Assembly: GCA_035559295.1 (NCBI GenBank)
Contig: DATMBL010000158.1
Location: 1-56,561, forward strand
Length of the DNA: 56,561 nt
Reading direction: 5' to 3'
DNA from: Candidatus Eiseniibacteriota bacterium
GTDB taxonomy: Bacteria > Desulfobacterota > Binatia > UBA9968
Each line of letters opens with the position of its first letter. The stretch's first letter is position 1. This document shows positions 24,548 through 32,993 of this stretch, in pieces. Below the pieces are notes generated by a model, which did no database searches, had not been told where the DNA came from, and worked only from the letters and a program-made list of their open reading frames with translations. The translations under genes and the position numbers were made by a program.

Positions 24548-26860
24548 TCACGCAGCCTCTTTTTTCGTCTTCCTCTGAATTGCCCGGTAAACATTTTCGG
24601 GCTTGAGCGGCAGATCGTAAATCCGAACGCCGATCGCGTCCGCCACGGCATTGCCGATCGCCGCAGGCGTGGGCGCAAGCCCCGGCTCGCCGAGACCTTT
24701 GGCGCCATAGGGTCCCTCCGGCTCGGGGCACTCGACCAGGATGGGAACCATTTTCGGCACGTCGAGCGAAGTGACCAGGTGGTAGTCCAGAAACGATGGA
24801 TTGCGCACTTTACCCGTGCTATCGACCACCATTTCTTCGTGGAGGGCCGAGCCGATTCCCATCGCCAGTCCGCCTTCGATCTGCGCCACGCAGTTCAGCG
24901 GATTGATCGCTTTACCGACGTCGTGAGCCGCCGACATCCGCAGCAGCCGAACCCTGCCGGTTTCTTCATCGACCATGACCTCGGCCGCTTGCGTGGCATA
25001 CATATAAAACGCGGAGGCGTGATCGCTGTGACCCGTTTCCAGATCGAGGTCCTTGCCGATCTCGTAGGTGTACGAGCCGTCGCCCCGCACGACGCCCTCC
25101 GGTCCGAACTTGCGCCGCACCACCTCGGCGATCGAGAGGGCGATCTGCGGTTGATCTTTCAGAAAAACCTTCCCGTCCCGGAAGTCCAGGTCCTGAACGC
25201 CGGCTTCGAGCATCGGGCTTGCCGCCGCGGCGATCTGTTCGCGCGCGTGAATCGAAGCTTTCCGGACGGCGTTCCCCATATGATACGTGCTCCGGCTCGA
25301 AGTCGTCGAAGCATCATACGGGATCACGTCGGTATCGAGCGGGTGCATCAACACGCTTTCAATCGGCACCTTTAATTCTTCGGCCGCGATCTGCGAAAGA
25401 ATCGTATTGCAGCCCTGCCCGATCTCCACCGTGCCGGCAAGCACGGTCACGTCGCCTCGGCTGTTGACGAGGACGGCGGCGTTCGATGTCGTGGGAGTCC
25501 GTGTCGGCTTCTGAATGCAGGCGAAGCCTTTGCCGAATTTGACGCCCGGCCGCTCCGGAGGCTTCTTCCCCCATTCGATCGCCTGGGTCGCCTTGAGCAG
25601 TGTTTCTTTGAGCCCGACGCTGTGCAGCTGCTCGCCCCAGTAGGCGATGTCGCCATCGACGAAAATGTTTTTCATCCGAAACGCGACCCGGTCCATCCCC
25701 AGCCGGTTGGCGATCTCGTCCATCTGTTGCTCCACCGCCCAAGCACCCTGCGGTATGCCGTATCCCCTGTAGGAGCCGGCGACCGGTTTGTTCGTATAAA
25801 CGGCGTAGCCATCAACCTTCACATGCGGAATCCGATAAGGGCCGGGAGCGGGAAGGCTGCCGCGGATGCAAACCGTCGGACTCTTTTCCGCGTACGCTCC
25901 CGCGCCCCAGTAGATCGTCATCTCGCGCGCCATCAACGTGCCGTCTTTTTTCACGCCGCTCTTACAGTAAACCACCGCTTCGTGGCGCGTTAACGTCGAG
26001 ATAAAGGTCTCTTCGCGATTGAACTTCACGCGTACCGGACGCCCGCCGGTATGGAAGGCCAGCGCGACCGCGATCGGTTCCACCTTGAGCCCGCCTTTGG
26101 AGCCGAAGCCGCCGCCCTGCAGGGGATTGATGAAGCGGATTTTTTCTCGCGGCATGTTGAGCGCTTCGCTGATCTCGTGGAGCGCCCGGAACGGGGCGTC
26201 GTTGGCGACCCAGATCGTGAGCCGGCCGCTTTCCCGATCGAATTGCGCGTGCGCCGAGTGCGGCTCCATCGCCGCATGCTGGATCGTCGGGACGAAATAA
26301 CGCTCCTTGATGATCAGATCGGAGTCGCGAAAGCCGGCGGCGACATCACCGGTGCGGAGCTTAAAGTGTTCGGCGATATTGGGTCGATCGGAGCCGACGA
26401 TAAAATCGGCCTTGCGGTAGCTGGCGAAATCCTCGTGAATCGCAACGGCGCCGGGCTTGCAGGCCTCTTCCGGGTCGGTGTAAACCGGCAAGTCCTCGTA
26501 TTCGACTTCGATGAGCTGCACCGCGGCCTGCGCCGTATCTTCGTCTTCCGCGGCCACCGCGGCGACCGGCTCGCCGATGTAGCGGACCTTACCCTGCGCC
26601 AGAAACGGCTTGTCTTTGATCGATTCGCCGTGCGTCCACGGCGCATCCGCGCCGGTGACCACCGCGGCCACCCCGGGGTACGCGCGCGCTCTTTCGGTGT
26701 TGATGCGTTTGATCTTCGCGTGCGCCCGGGTGCTGAACAGCACCTTGCCGTAAAGCATATCGGGGAGCACGAGATCGTAACCGTAGACCGCTTCGCCCGT
26801 GACTTTTTCGAGGGCATCGACCCTCGTTACCGGCTTTCCTACGACCGTGAGTTCCGGCAT
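24548..26860 (-). CDS. Molybdopterin-binding large subunit of an xanthine dehydrogenase / aldehyde oxidase / CO-dehydrogenase family hydroxylase
   Basis: The start is MPELTVVGKPVTRVDALEKVTGEAVYGYDL at 26860. Family blocks seen are GGGFGSK, SYRGYG and GLGEPG. The start overlaps the stop of the Fe-S subunit gene (TGATG). Confidence 0.9.
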   Translation of the reverse strand: MPELTVVGKPVTRVDALEKVTGEAVYGYDLVLPDMLYGKVLFSTRAHAKIKRINTERARAYPGVAAVVTGADAPWTHGESIKDKPFLAQGKVRYIGEPVAAVAAEDEDTAQAAVQLIEVEYEDLPVYTDPEEACKPGAVAIHEDFASYRKADFIVGSDRPNIAEHFKLRTGDVAAGFRDSDLIIKERYFVPTIQHAAMEPHSAHAQFDRESGRLTIWVANDAPFRALHEISEALNMPREKIRFINPLQGGGFGSKGGLKVEPIAVALAFHTGGRPVRVKFNREETFISTLTRHEAVVYCKSGVKKDGTLMAREMTIYWGAGAYAEKSPTVCIRGSLPAPGPYRIPHVKVDGYAVYTNKPVAGSYRGYGIPQGAWAVEQQMDEIANRLGMDRVAFRMKNIFVDGDIAYWGEQLHSVGLKETLLKATQAIEWGKKPPERPGVKFGKGFACIQKPTRTPTTSNAAVLVNSRGDVTVLAGTVEIGQGCNTILSQIAAEELKVPIESVLMHPLDTDVIPYDASTTSSRSTYHMGNAVRKASIHAREQIAAAASPMLEAGVQDLDFRDGKVFLKDQPQIALSIAEVVRRKFGPEGVVRGDGSYTYEIGKDLDLETGHSDHASAFYMYATQAAEVMVDEETGRVRLLRMSAAHDVGKAINPLNCVAQIEGGLAMGIGSALHEEMVVDSTGKVRNPSFLDYHLVTSLDVPKMVPILVECPEPEGPYGAKGLGEPGLAPTPAAIGNAVADAIGVRIYDLPLKPENVYRAIQRKTKKEAA

Positions 26861-27360
26861 CACTTTTCTCCCGCAGCGCCCGCGGCATTGCGCTGCCGCA
26901 GTTGAGCGGCGGCATCCTGGACGGCTTGAACGATCTTCGCGTACCCGGTGCAGCGGCAGAGATTGCCCGAAAGCGCAAATCGGATCTCCTCCTCGGTGGG
27001 ATTCGGATTCTCGTCGAGCAACGCCTTGGACATCATCAGCATGCCGGGAGTGCAGTAGCCGCACTGGGCGCCGCCATCCTCGATGAACGCCCGCTGGATC
27101 GGGTGCAGCTCGGGCCCGATGCGCAATCCCTCGATCGTGACGAGCTCCGCCCCGTCAAGCTCACCGGAGAACACCAGACACGAGTTGACCGGTCTGCCGT
27201 CGAGATAGACCGTGCACGCGCCGCAATCTCCCGTGCCGCAACCCTCCTTGGTGCCGGTGAGCCCGAGTTCGTCGCGCAAGAGATCGAGCAGGAGGCGGTG
27301 GTTTGGAACTTCCCGGGCGATGCTCTTGCCGTTCAAAGTGAAACGGATTGTTTTCTTCAT
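26860..27360 (-). CDS. [2Fe-2S]-binding small subunit of the molybdenum hydroxylase
   Basis: Motifs seen are MKKTIRFTLNGK..., the plant-type cluster CGTGDCGACTV and the second cluster QCGYCTPG...LCRCTGY. Confidence 0.9.
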   Translation of the reverse strand: MKKTIRFTLNGKSIAREVPNHRLLLDLLRDELGLTGTKEGCGTGDCGACTVYLDGRPVNSCLVFSGELDGAELVTIEGLRIGPELHPIQRAFIEDGGAQCGYCTPGMLMMSKALLDENPNPTEEEIRFALSGNLCRCTGYAKIVQAVQDAAAQLRQRNAAGAAGEK

Positions 27361-27425
27361 AAGGTTAAGTTTACTACGCTTTTCCAAGACTCCAACACTC
27401 GGTGACTCCCGCCGTCAGGAACGTA

Positions 27426-28364
27426 TCAATACCGCCGCTCGCGTCGCTCGCACCACGCGATCCTTTCGGCGCGCGGCGCGGCTGCGTTCAGCAAAGCGCG
27501 CTTCGTCATCGCCTCGACCATGGCGCGGCGGTACTCCGCCGAAGAGCGCACGTCGCTGATCGGGCGGCTTTCCCGGGCGGCTTCCGCGGCCGCTCTGGCC
27601 GCAAGCCCCTCGGTCAAGCCCTGGCCTTCGAGCACGGCTTCTGCCGCGCGCGCGCGCATCGGCGTCGGCGCCACCGCTCCGAGCACGATCCGGACCCGTT
27701 CGCAGCGCCGCTCCGGCTCGAGCAGAAGGTAAGCGACCGCAACCCCTACGTAGGCGAGGTCCATCATGTCGCGCGGCGAAAACTTTATGTACTCGCCCAC
27801 CAGCCGCTTGCGCCCGCGATCCTCGGAGCGGACGGGGCTCGGAATCGTGATTTGCGTGAGGATTTCTTCGGCCGACAGCACGGTCTGTCCGGGGCCGCGG
27901 AAAAACTCTTCCAGGGGAACGGTGCGCTCGTGCTCGCCGTTTTCGATCAGAACCGTGGCGTCGAGGGCGATCAGCGCGGGCGCGACGTCGGCCGAAGGCG
28001 TGGCGTTCGCCATATTACCGCCGACGGTGGCCCGATTGCGGATTTGAATCGAGCCGACCTCGGCCGCGCTCTGGGCGAGGAAGGGGAACCGCTCGACGAT
28101 CAGCGCCGAAGTCTCGAGCGCGCGCATGGTGGTCAACGCGCCGATCGTGATGCTGCCGTCTTCGTTTTCTCGTATACCCGAGAGCCCGGGAATCCGCTTC
28201 AGGTCGACGACGTACTTCGGCGCCAGTCCCTTTTCTTTGACCGCGATGACGAGATCGGTGCCGCCGGCAAGAAACCGTCCGCCGGGGCCGCGGTTTCGGA
28301 GCAGCGCGCTCGCCTCGGCAATCGAGGTCGGTTGGTACATTTCAAAGGGTTCGGGGCGCTTCAT
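27426..28364 (-). CDS. FAD-binding medium subunit (CoxM/XdhB-like) of the molybdenum hydroxylase
   Basis: Motifs seen are FLAGGTDL and ATVGGN, plus the C-terminal CO-dehydrogenase flavoprotein-like region (SDVRSSAEYRR). The start is taken at MKRPEPFEMY. Confidence 0.85.
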   Translation of the reverse strand: MKRPEPFEMYQPTSIAEASALLRNRGPGGRFLAGGTDLVIAVKEKGLAPKYVVDLKRIPGLSGIRENEDGSITIGALTTMRALETSALIVERFPFLAQSAAEVGSIQIRNRATVGGNMANATPSADVAPALIALDATVLIENGEHERTVPLEEFFRGPGQTVLSAEEILTQITIPSPVRSEDRGRKRLVGEYIKFSPRDMMDLAYVGVAVAYLLLEPERRCERVRIVLGAVAPTPMRARAAEAVLEGQGLTEGLAARAAAEAARESRPISDVRSSAEYRRAMVEAMTKRALLNAAAPRAERIAWCERRERRY

Positions 28365-28477
28365 TGCCGAAAAGGGATTCAATTCGTTCGACCGCGTTCG
28401 CTCGGTTCAACCGCTCCGCTCCCTTCAAACGGCTTGAACCCCGTTTGGCCTTTTGAACGGATTGATCGTCTCGCATA

Positions 28478-29848
28478 CTACACCAGCGGGCGGACCATGC
28501 GGCCAATCGCTTTGCCGCAAGGTTCGCCGTCGCGCATCTGCACGTGACCGCGCACCACCGTGCACACCGGCATTCCTTTGACTTTCCAACCGTGCCACGG
28601 CGACGGCTTGTTCTTGCTGTGCAGTTTGTTGACGTCGATGACGGCTTCCTTATCCATGTCGACGATCGTGACATCGCCGTCCGAACCGAGGCGGATCGCG
28701 CCTTTTTTGGGATAGATCTGCCAGACGCGCGCGGGGTTTTCGCAGGCGACCTTCACATAGTGATTGAGGGTCATTCTTCCCTTGTTCACTTCGGTTAAGA
28801 TCAGCGGCACGCCGGTTTCAACGCCGCAGAACCCGGAGATGCAGTCCCAGATCGCGCCCTTGGTGAGTTTGCCGTAGAGATCGGAGCCCTTCTCTTCGAG
28901 CGTATGAGGAGAGTGATCGGTTGCGATCATATCGACGTAGCCGTTGATCAAGCCGTCCCAGAGCACCTCGGCGTGATCCCGGGTGCGCACCGGAGGATTC
29001 ATCTTCAGTAGCGACCCCACGTTTTCCATATCCTTCGGCTCGCGCAACAGGTAATGAGGTCCGGTCTCGGCCGTGACCCGCAAGCCGCGGGCTTTAGCGT
29101 CGCGAACCATGTAGGCGGCCTGCTTCGAGCTCATGTGAAAAACGTGCAGCTTGGTGCCGAAGGTCTCGGCGAAGAAAAGCGCATGGTGCACCGATTCCGC
29201 TTCGCAGATATCGGGCCGTGAAGCTTCCCAGTACACGGGGCTGTTCTTACCCTCCGATTTCAGCTTGTTGGTGCAGTAAGCCATGATCTGGCGGTTCTCG
29301 GCGTGAATGCCGAGGGGCAGTTTCGACTGCGCGATGTAATCGAAAGCCTCCATGCACATGCCGTCGTCGGGAAACGGGAGATTGCCGATCGTCTCCCCGA
29401 AAAAGATCTTGAACCCGATCGCTCCGGCAGCGGCCATGGGAAGGATCTCTTTCGTGTTGGTCTGGACCACGACGCCCGTGACACCGAAGTCGACGAGCGA
29501 TTTCTGCTCGCCGAGCTGCTGCTTGATCCTTACCTGTTCCGCATCGGCCGTCGGCGGGACCGTATTCGGCATATCGACGACGAAAGTTACACCGCCGCAC
29601 ACCGCCGCGGTCGAGCCGGTGGCGAAGTCTTCTTTGTGGGTCATGCCGGGTTCACGGAAGTGCACGTGCCCATCGATCACCCCGGGCAGGATGTGCCGCC
29701 CCTTGGCGTCGATTTCCTCTTTACCCTGAGGCAACTGATCGTCGGTGCCGATCGCGACGAATTTTTCGCCGGTAATCGCCACGCCTCCTTTGAACGTGTC
29801 GGTCGGGGTTACCACCCAGCCGTTTTTGATAACGAGATCTGCTGCCAT
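28478..29848 (-). CDS. Cyclic amidohydrolase (dihydroorotase / allantoinase / hydantoinase superfamily)
   Basis: 456 aa. The complete binuclear-metal ligand set appears in order: HVHFREPG (HxH), GFKIFF (carbamylated Lys), GIHAEN, HVFHMSS and ATDHSPH. Confidence 0.88.
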   Translation of the reverse strand: MAADLVIKNGWVVTPTDTFKGGVAITGEKFVAIGTDDQLPQGKEEIDAKGRHILPGVIDGHVHFREPGMTHKEDFATGSTAAVCGGVTFVVDMPNTVPPTADAEQVRIKQQLGEQKSLVDFGVTGVVVQTNTKEILPMAAAGAIGFKIFFGETIGNLPFPDDGMCMEAFDYIAQSKLPLGIHAENRQIMAYCTNKLKSEGKNSPVYWEASRPDICEAESVHHALFFAETFGTKLHVFHMSSKQAAYMVRDAKARGLRVTAETGPHYLLREPKDMENVGSLLKMNPPVRTRDHAEVLWDGLINGYVDMIATDHSPHTLEEKGSDLYGKLTKGAIWDCISGFCGVETGVPLILTEVNKGRMTLNHYVKVACENPARVWQIYPKKGAIRLGSDGDVTIVDMDKEAVIDVNKLHSKNKPSPWHGWKVKGMPVCTVVRGHVQMRDGEPCGKAIGRMVRPLV

Positions 29849-29862
29849 GTGCGTTCCTTTCT

Positions 29863-30603
29863 TCAGCGTAGTGATCTTTGCTTTTGGTCGGGTCCGGCCG
29901 GGCGGAGCTCGCGGATCGCCAGCCGGCGCTCGAGATCCGACAGGACGTTTTTCTTGCCTTCCTGGATATGCGCGCGGATCAGATCAACGGCCCGGCCGGC
30001 GTCGCGCTGCTCGATTGCGAGCAACAGCCGCACATGCTCCTCATGAGCGATCAAGCCGCGCGCGGGGTCGTACAGGCCATCGGTGCGCCGCTTCAACACG
30101 ATCCGCTCGAAAACGCGTTCCAGCATCTGGGCGAGCGTTTCGTTTCCCGCGAGTCGCGCGATTTCCAGATGGATCCCCTGATCGACCCTGAGGCGCTCGC
30201 GCGTGAACGGCCTTTGCAAATCGGCGCCGTACTGTTCGATCCTCCGCCGCAGGCTATCAAGCGCGGGCTGCGTGAGGCGCTCGACCGCTTTTTCGACCGC
30301 GAACGCCTCCAACGCCTCGCGCAGCTCATAAAGCTCGATGGCTTCCGCCAGGCCGATTTCCCTACACGTGAATCCCCGGTTCGGTAGAAACGAAACGTAT
30401 CCTTCTTCCACGAGACGCGTCAGCGCCTCCCGGACCGGCGTGCGGCTCACACCCAGCCGGTCACTGAGTTCCTGGTGGTAGAGCTTCTGCCCGGGCATGA
30501 TTTGATTGCTGAGGATCAGCGTCTTGATCTGCTGATACACGCGGCTCGAGAGATTTTCGATGACCCGCGATTTGCTCCGAGGTGAATCGAGCGAGTAGGC
30601 CAT
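29863..30603 (-). CDS. GntR-family transcriptional regulator (FadR/FCD subfamily)
   Basis: The winged-HTH region is LYHQELSDRLGVSRTPVREAL.RL..EG, followed by a C-terminal all-helical FCD-like domain. The start is taken at MAYSLDS (30603), so the palindrome at 30613..30634 is upstream rather than inside the gene. Confidence 0.85.
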   Translation of the reverse strand: MAYSLDSPRSKSRVIENLSSRVYQQIKTLILSNQIMPGQKLYHQELSDRLGVSRTPVREALTRLVEEGYVSFLPNRGFTCREIGLAEAIELYELREALEAFAVEKAVERLTQPALDSLRRRIEQYGADLQRPFTRERLRVDQGIHLEIARLAGNETLAQMLERVFERIVLKRRTDGLYDPARGLIAHEEHVRLLLAIEQRDAGRAVDLIRAHIQEGKKNVLSDLERRLAIRELRPAGPDQKQRSLR

Positions 30604-30612
30604 GGGTAAACT

Positions 30613-30634
30613 TTGCATAAAAAACTTTATGCAA
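30613..30634. promoter_or_regulatory. Perfect 9-4-9 inverted repeat TTGCATAAA-AAAC-TTTATGCAA, candidate GntR operator
   Basis: Read directly from the sequence. It lies 10 nt upstream of the preferred GntR start, in the divergent intergenic region shared with the ABC ATPase/UbiD genes. Confidence 0.45.
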
Positions 30635-30793
30635 TTTAGCGGAACCTATCCGATCGCCGGCTCGATGTCAACGAACCTCGCCAAGCCTTGAAAAAAGAAT
30701 TAAAAATGATAATAGCTGCCACGATTCGGTTGCGCGGCGAACGCTCCTGAAGATCCCGGCCGAGCGCGACCGGCGCATTCAAAAGGAGGGACT

Positions 30794-31609
30794 GTGGCAC
30801 AGACTAAATTGCAGGCGATCGGATTGCGCCATGAGTATTACCAGCCGCGCACCGGCGGGCGGCTCTTGGCGCTCGATAACGTCAATCTAGCAGTCGAGGA
30901 GGGTGAGTTCGTTACGATCGTCGGCCCGAGCGGTTGCGGCAAGACCACCTTCATCAACTTGTGCGACGGCTTGCTCACGCCCACCGCGGGCCAGATCCTG
31001 ATCGACGGCAAGAAGGTCACCGGGCCCGGGACGGACCGCGGCATGGTCTTTCAGGACTCGTGCCTGATGCCGTGGAGGACCGTTTTGAAAAACGTCATCT
31101 TCGGGCTGGAATGTCAGGGCCTGGATAACGGCGAGGGTCACGCGCGCGCCCGCAAGTTCATCAAACTCGTCGGGTTGGAGGGCTTCGAAGACCACTATCC
31201 GCACGAGCTGTCGGGCGGTATGCAGCAGCGCTGCAACTTGGCTCGAGCGCTCACCGTCGATCCGAAGATTCTCATCATGGACGAGCCGTTTGCCGCGCTC
31301 GACGCGCAAACGCGCGAGATCATGCAGCTCGAGCTGCTCCGGATCTGGCGCGAGGCGAACAAGACCGTGCTTTTCATCACCCACCAGATCAGCGAAGCGA
31401 TCTATCTCGCGGACCGCGTGATCGTGTTCGGCGCCCGCCCCGGCCGAGTGAAAGAGACGATCAAGATCGACATTCCCCGGCCGCGTCCTCTTTCGGTCAA
31501 ACGGGAACGGAAATTTCTCGAGTACGAGGATCATCTCTGGAACCTGATCGAAGAAGAGGTGAAAAAGACGATGCTCGCGGATCAGGTCGTGCACAATATC
31601 AACGCGTAA
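30794..31609 (+). CDS. ABC transporter ATP-binding protein (nitrate/sulfonate/taurine NitT/TauT-type)
   Basis: The GTG start follows AAAGGAGGG. Motifs seen are Walker A GPSGCGKTT, signature LSGGMQQR, Walker B ILIMDEPF and the H-loop ITHQ. Confidence 0.9.
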   Translation: MAQTKLQAIGLRHEYYQPRTGGRLLALDNVNLAVEEGEFVTIVGPSGCGKTTFINLCDGLLTPTAGQILIDGKKVTGPGTDRGMVFQDSCLMPWRTVLKNVIFGLECQGLDNGEGHARARKFIKLVGLEGFEDHYPHELSGGMQQRCNLARALTVDPKILIMDEPFAALDAQTREIMQLELLRIWREANKTVLFITHQISEAIYLADRVIVFGARPGRVKETIKIDIPRPRPLSVKRERKFLEYEDHLWNLIEEEVKKTMLADQVVHNINA

Positions 31610-31814
31610 CTCAGGCGTTAGCCGGTCCGATCGGGAGGCGCGGGTGCGGCGGCTCGATTTCCCAACGCATGTTGTTCTAGCGGCGACTCACTTTATTCTC
31701 TCTCCGGCCGGCATTCCGGTTGCGTTGGTTGCGCCGCGCGGGTTCGGAGCACGGTTCGGCGGCATCGCCGGTTGAGGGTACGTGCGGCGGCTTTAACTTC
31801 GCTGGAGGAAACCG

Positions 31815-32963
31815 ATGGCGGAGAAGAGAGACATGGTGCAAATCGAGTCGCTCGAGAAATACTTCGGCGAAGGGAAGGAGCGGGTGCACGTCTTGAAGGG
31901 CATCTCGCTCAACATCCCCGAGGGCTCGCTCTACACTTTCCTCGGCCCGAGCGGCTGCGGCAAGACCACGACGCTTCGCTGCGTGGCCGGGCTGGAACGT
32001 CCCGACGGCGGCAGGATCAGCATCGGCGGGCAGACGGTGTTCGCTTCGGGCGAGCGGGTCTACGTGCCCACCAATAAACGTCCCATCGGCATGGTGTTTC
32101 AGTCCTACGCGATCTGGCCGCACATGACGGTTTTCGAAAACGTGGCTTACCCGCTGACGATCCACCGTCGCCCGAAGGACGAAATCAAGCGGCGCGTGCG
32201 CGACGTGTTGCGGATTGTCGGACTCGACGGGTTGGAGGATCGCCCGGCGCCGAAACTCTCCGGCGGCCAGCAACAGCGCGTTGCATTTGCGCGAGCGCTG
32301 GTGAACGAGCCGAAGGTGATGCTGCTCGACGAACCGCTGAGCAACCTCGACGCCAAGTTGCGGGTGCAGATGCGCTCGGAGATCAAGGCGCTCCAGCGGC
32401 GGACCAATATTACGACGATCTTTGTCACGCATGATCAGTCGGAAGCGCTGGCGATCTCGGACCAGATCGCCGTCATGCACGCCGGAAAACTCATCGAAGT
32501 CGGCTCGCCCCATCAGCTCTATACCCGGCCCAAGAGGAAGTTTACCGCCACCTTTTTGGGCCTGACCAATCTGATCGAAGGCAAAGTGCTCGAGGTCAAC
32601 GGCGACGGCCGCCCCGCGAAAATGGAGACGAAAAAAGGCGTCTTGACGTTCACGCCGACGGCGCCGTTGAAGCGCGATCAAGCCGCGGTGATTTCGATTC
32701 GCCCGGAAAACATCCCGCTTCACAAGGAAAAACCGCAGGGCGTCGAAAACGTGCTCGACGGCACGGTGACCGAGGCGGTGTTCATGGGGGACGCGTATCA
32801 CTGCAAGGTGGCGGTCGGCGACGACGTGCTGGCGGTGCACACGCATCCGTTCAATTCGGTGAACCCGGGAGACAAGGTCTACCTCCATTTGGATCCGAGA
32901 AGCTGCAATGGACTTCCGGCCGACGATGTCGAAGGTGTTGATGAAACGATGATGGGGCACTAA
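31815..32963 (+). CDS. ABC transporter ATP-binding protein (PotA/CysA/MalK-type with C-terminal TOBE-like domain)
   Basis: Motifs seen are Walker A GPSGCGKTT, LSGGQQQR, MLLDEPLS and VTHDQ. A C-terminal beta-rich regulatory extension of about 130 aa follows. Confidence 0.9.
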   Translation: MAEKRDMVQIESLEKYFGEGKERVHVLKGISLNIPEGSLYTFLGPSGCGKTTTLRCVAGLERPDGGRISIGGQTVFASGERVYVPTNKRPIGMVFQSYAIWPHMTVFENVAYPLTIHRRPKDEIKRRVRDVLRIVGLDGLEDRPAPKLSGGQQQRVAFARALVNEPKVMLLDEPLSNLDAKLRVQMRSEIKALQRRTNITTIFVTHDQSEALAISDQIAVMHAGKLIEVGSPHQLYTRPKRKFTATFLGLTNLIEGKVLEVNGDGRPAKMETKKGVLTFTPTAPLKRDQAAVISIRPENIPLHKEKPQGVENVLDGTVTEAVFMGDAYHCKVAVGDDVLAVHTHPFNSVNPGDKVYLHLDPRSCNGLPADDVEGVDETMMGH

Positions 32964-32993
32964 ACTGGCGCTATCGCGAAAGGAGACCGTCTC

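Noticed and set aside
27402-28547. 381-aa plus-strand ORF opposite the FAD subunit gene
   Set aside because: It is an antisense shadow of a gene with clear FAD_binding_5/CoxM motifs.
30727-30747. Sigma54-like string TGCCACGATTCGGTTGCG upstream of the first ABC ATPase
   Set aside because: It has GC instead of the invariant GG at -24. The distance to the TTGC element is 2 nt too long for a -24/-12 promoter.
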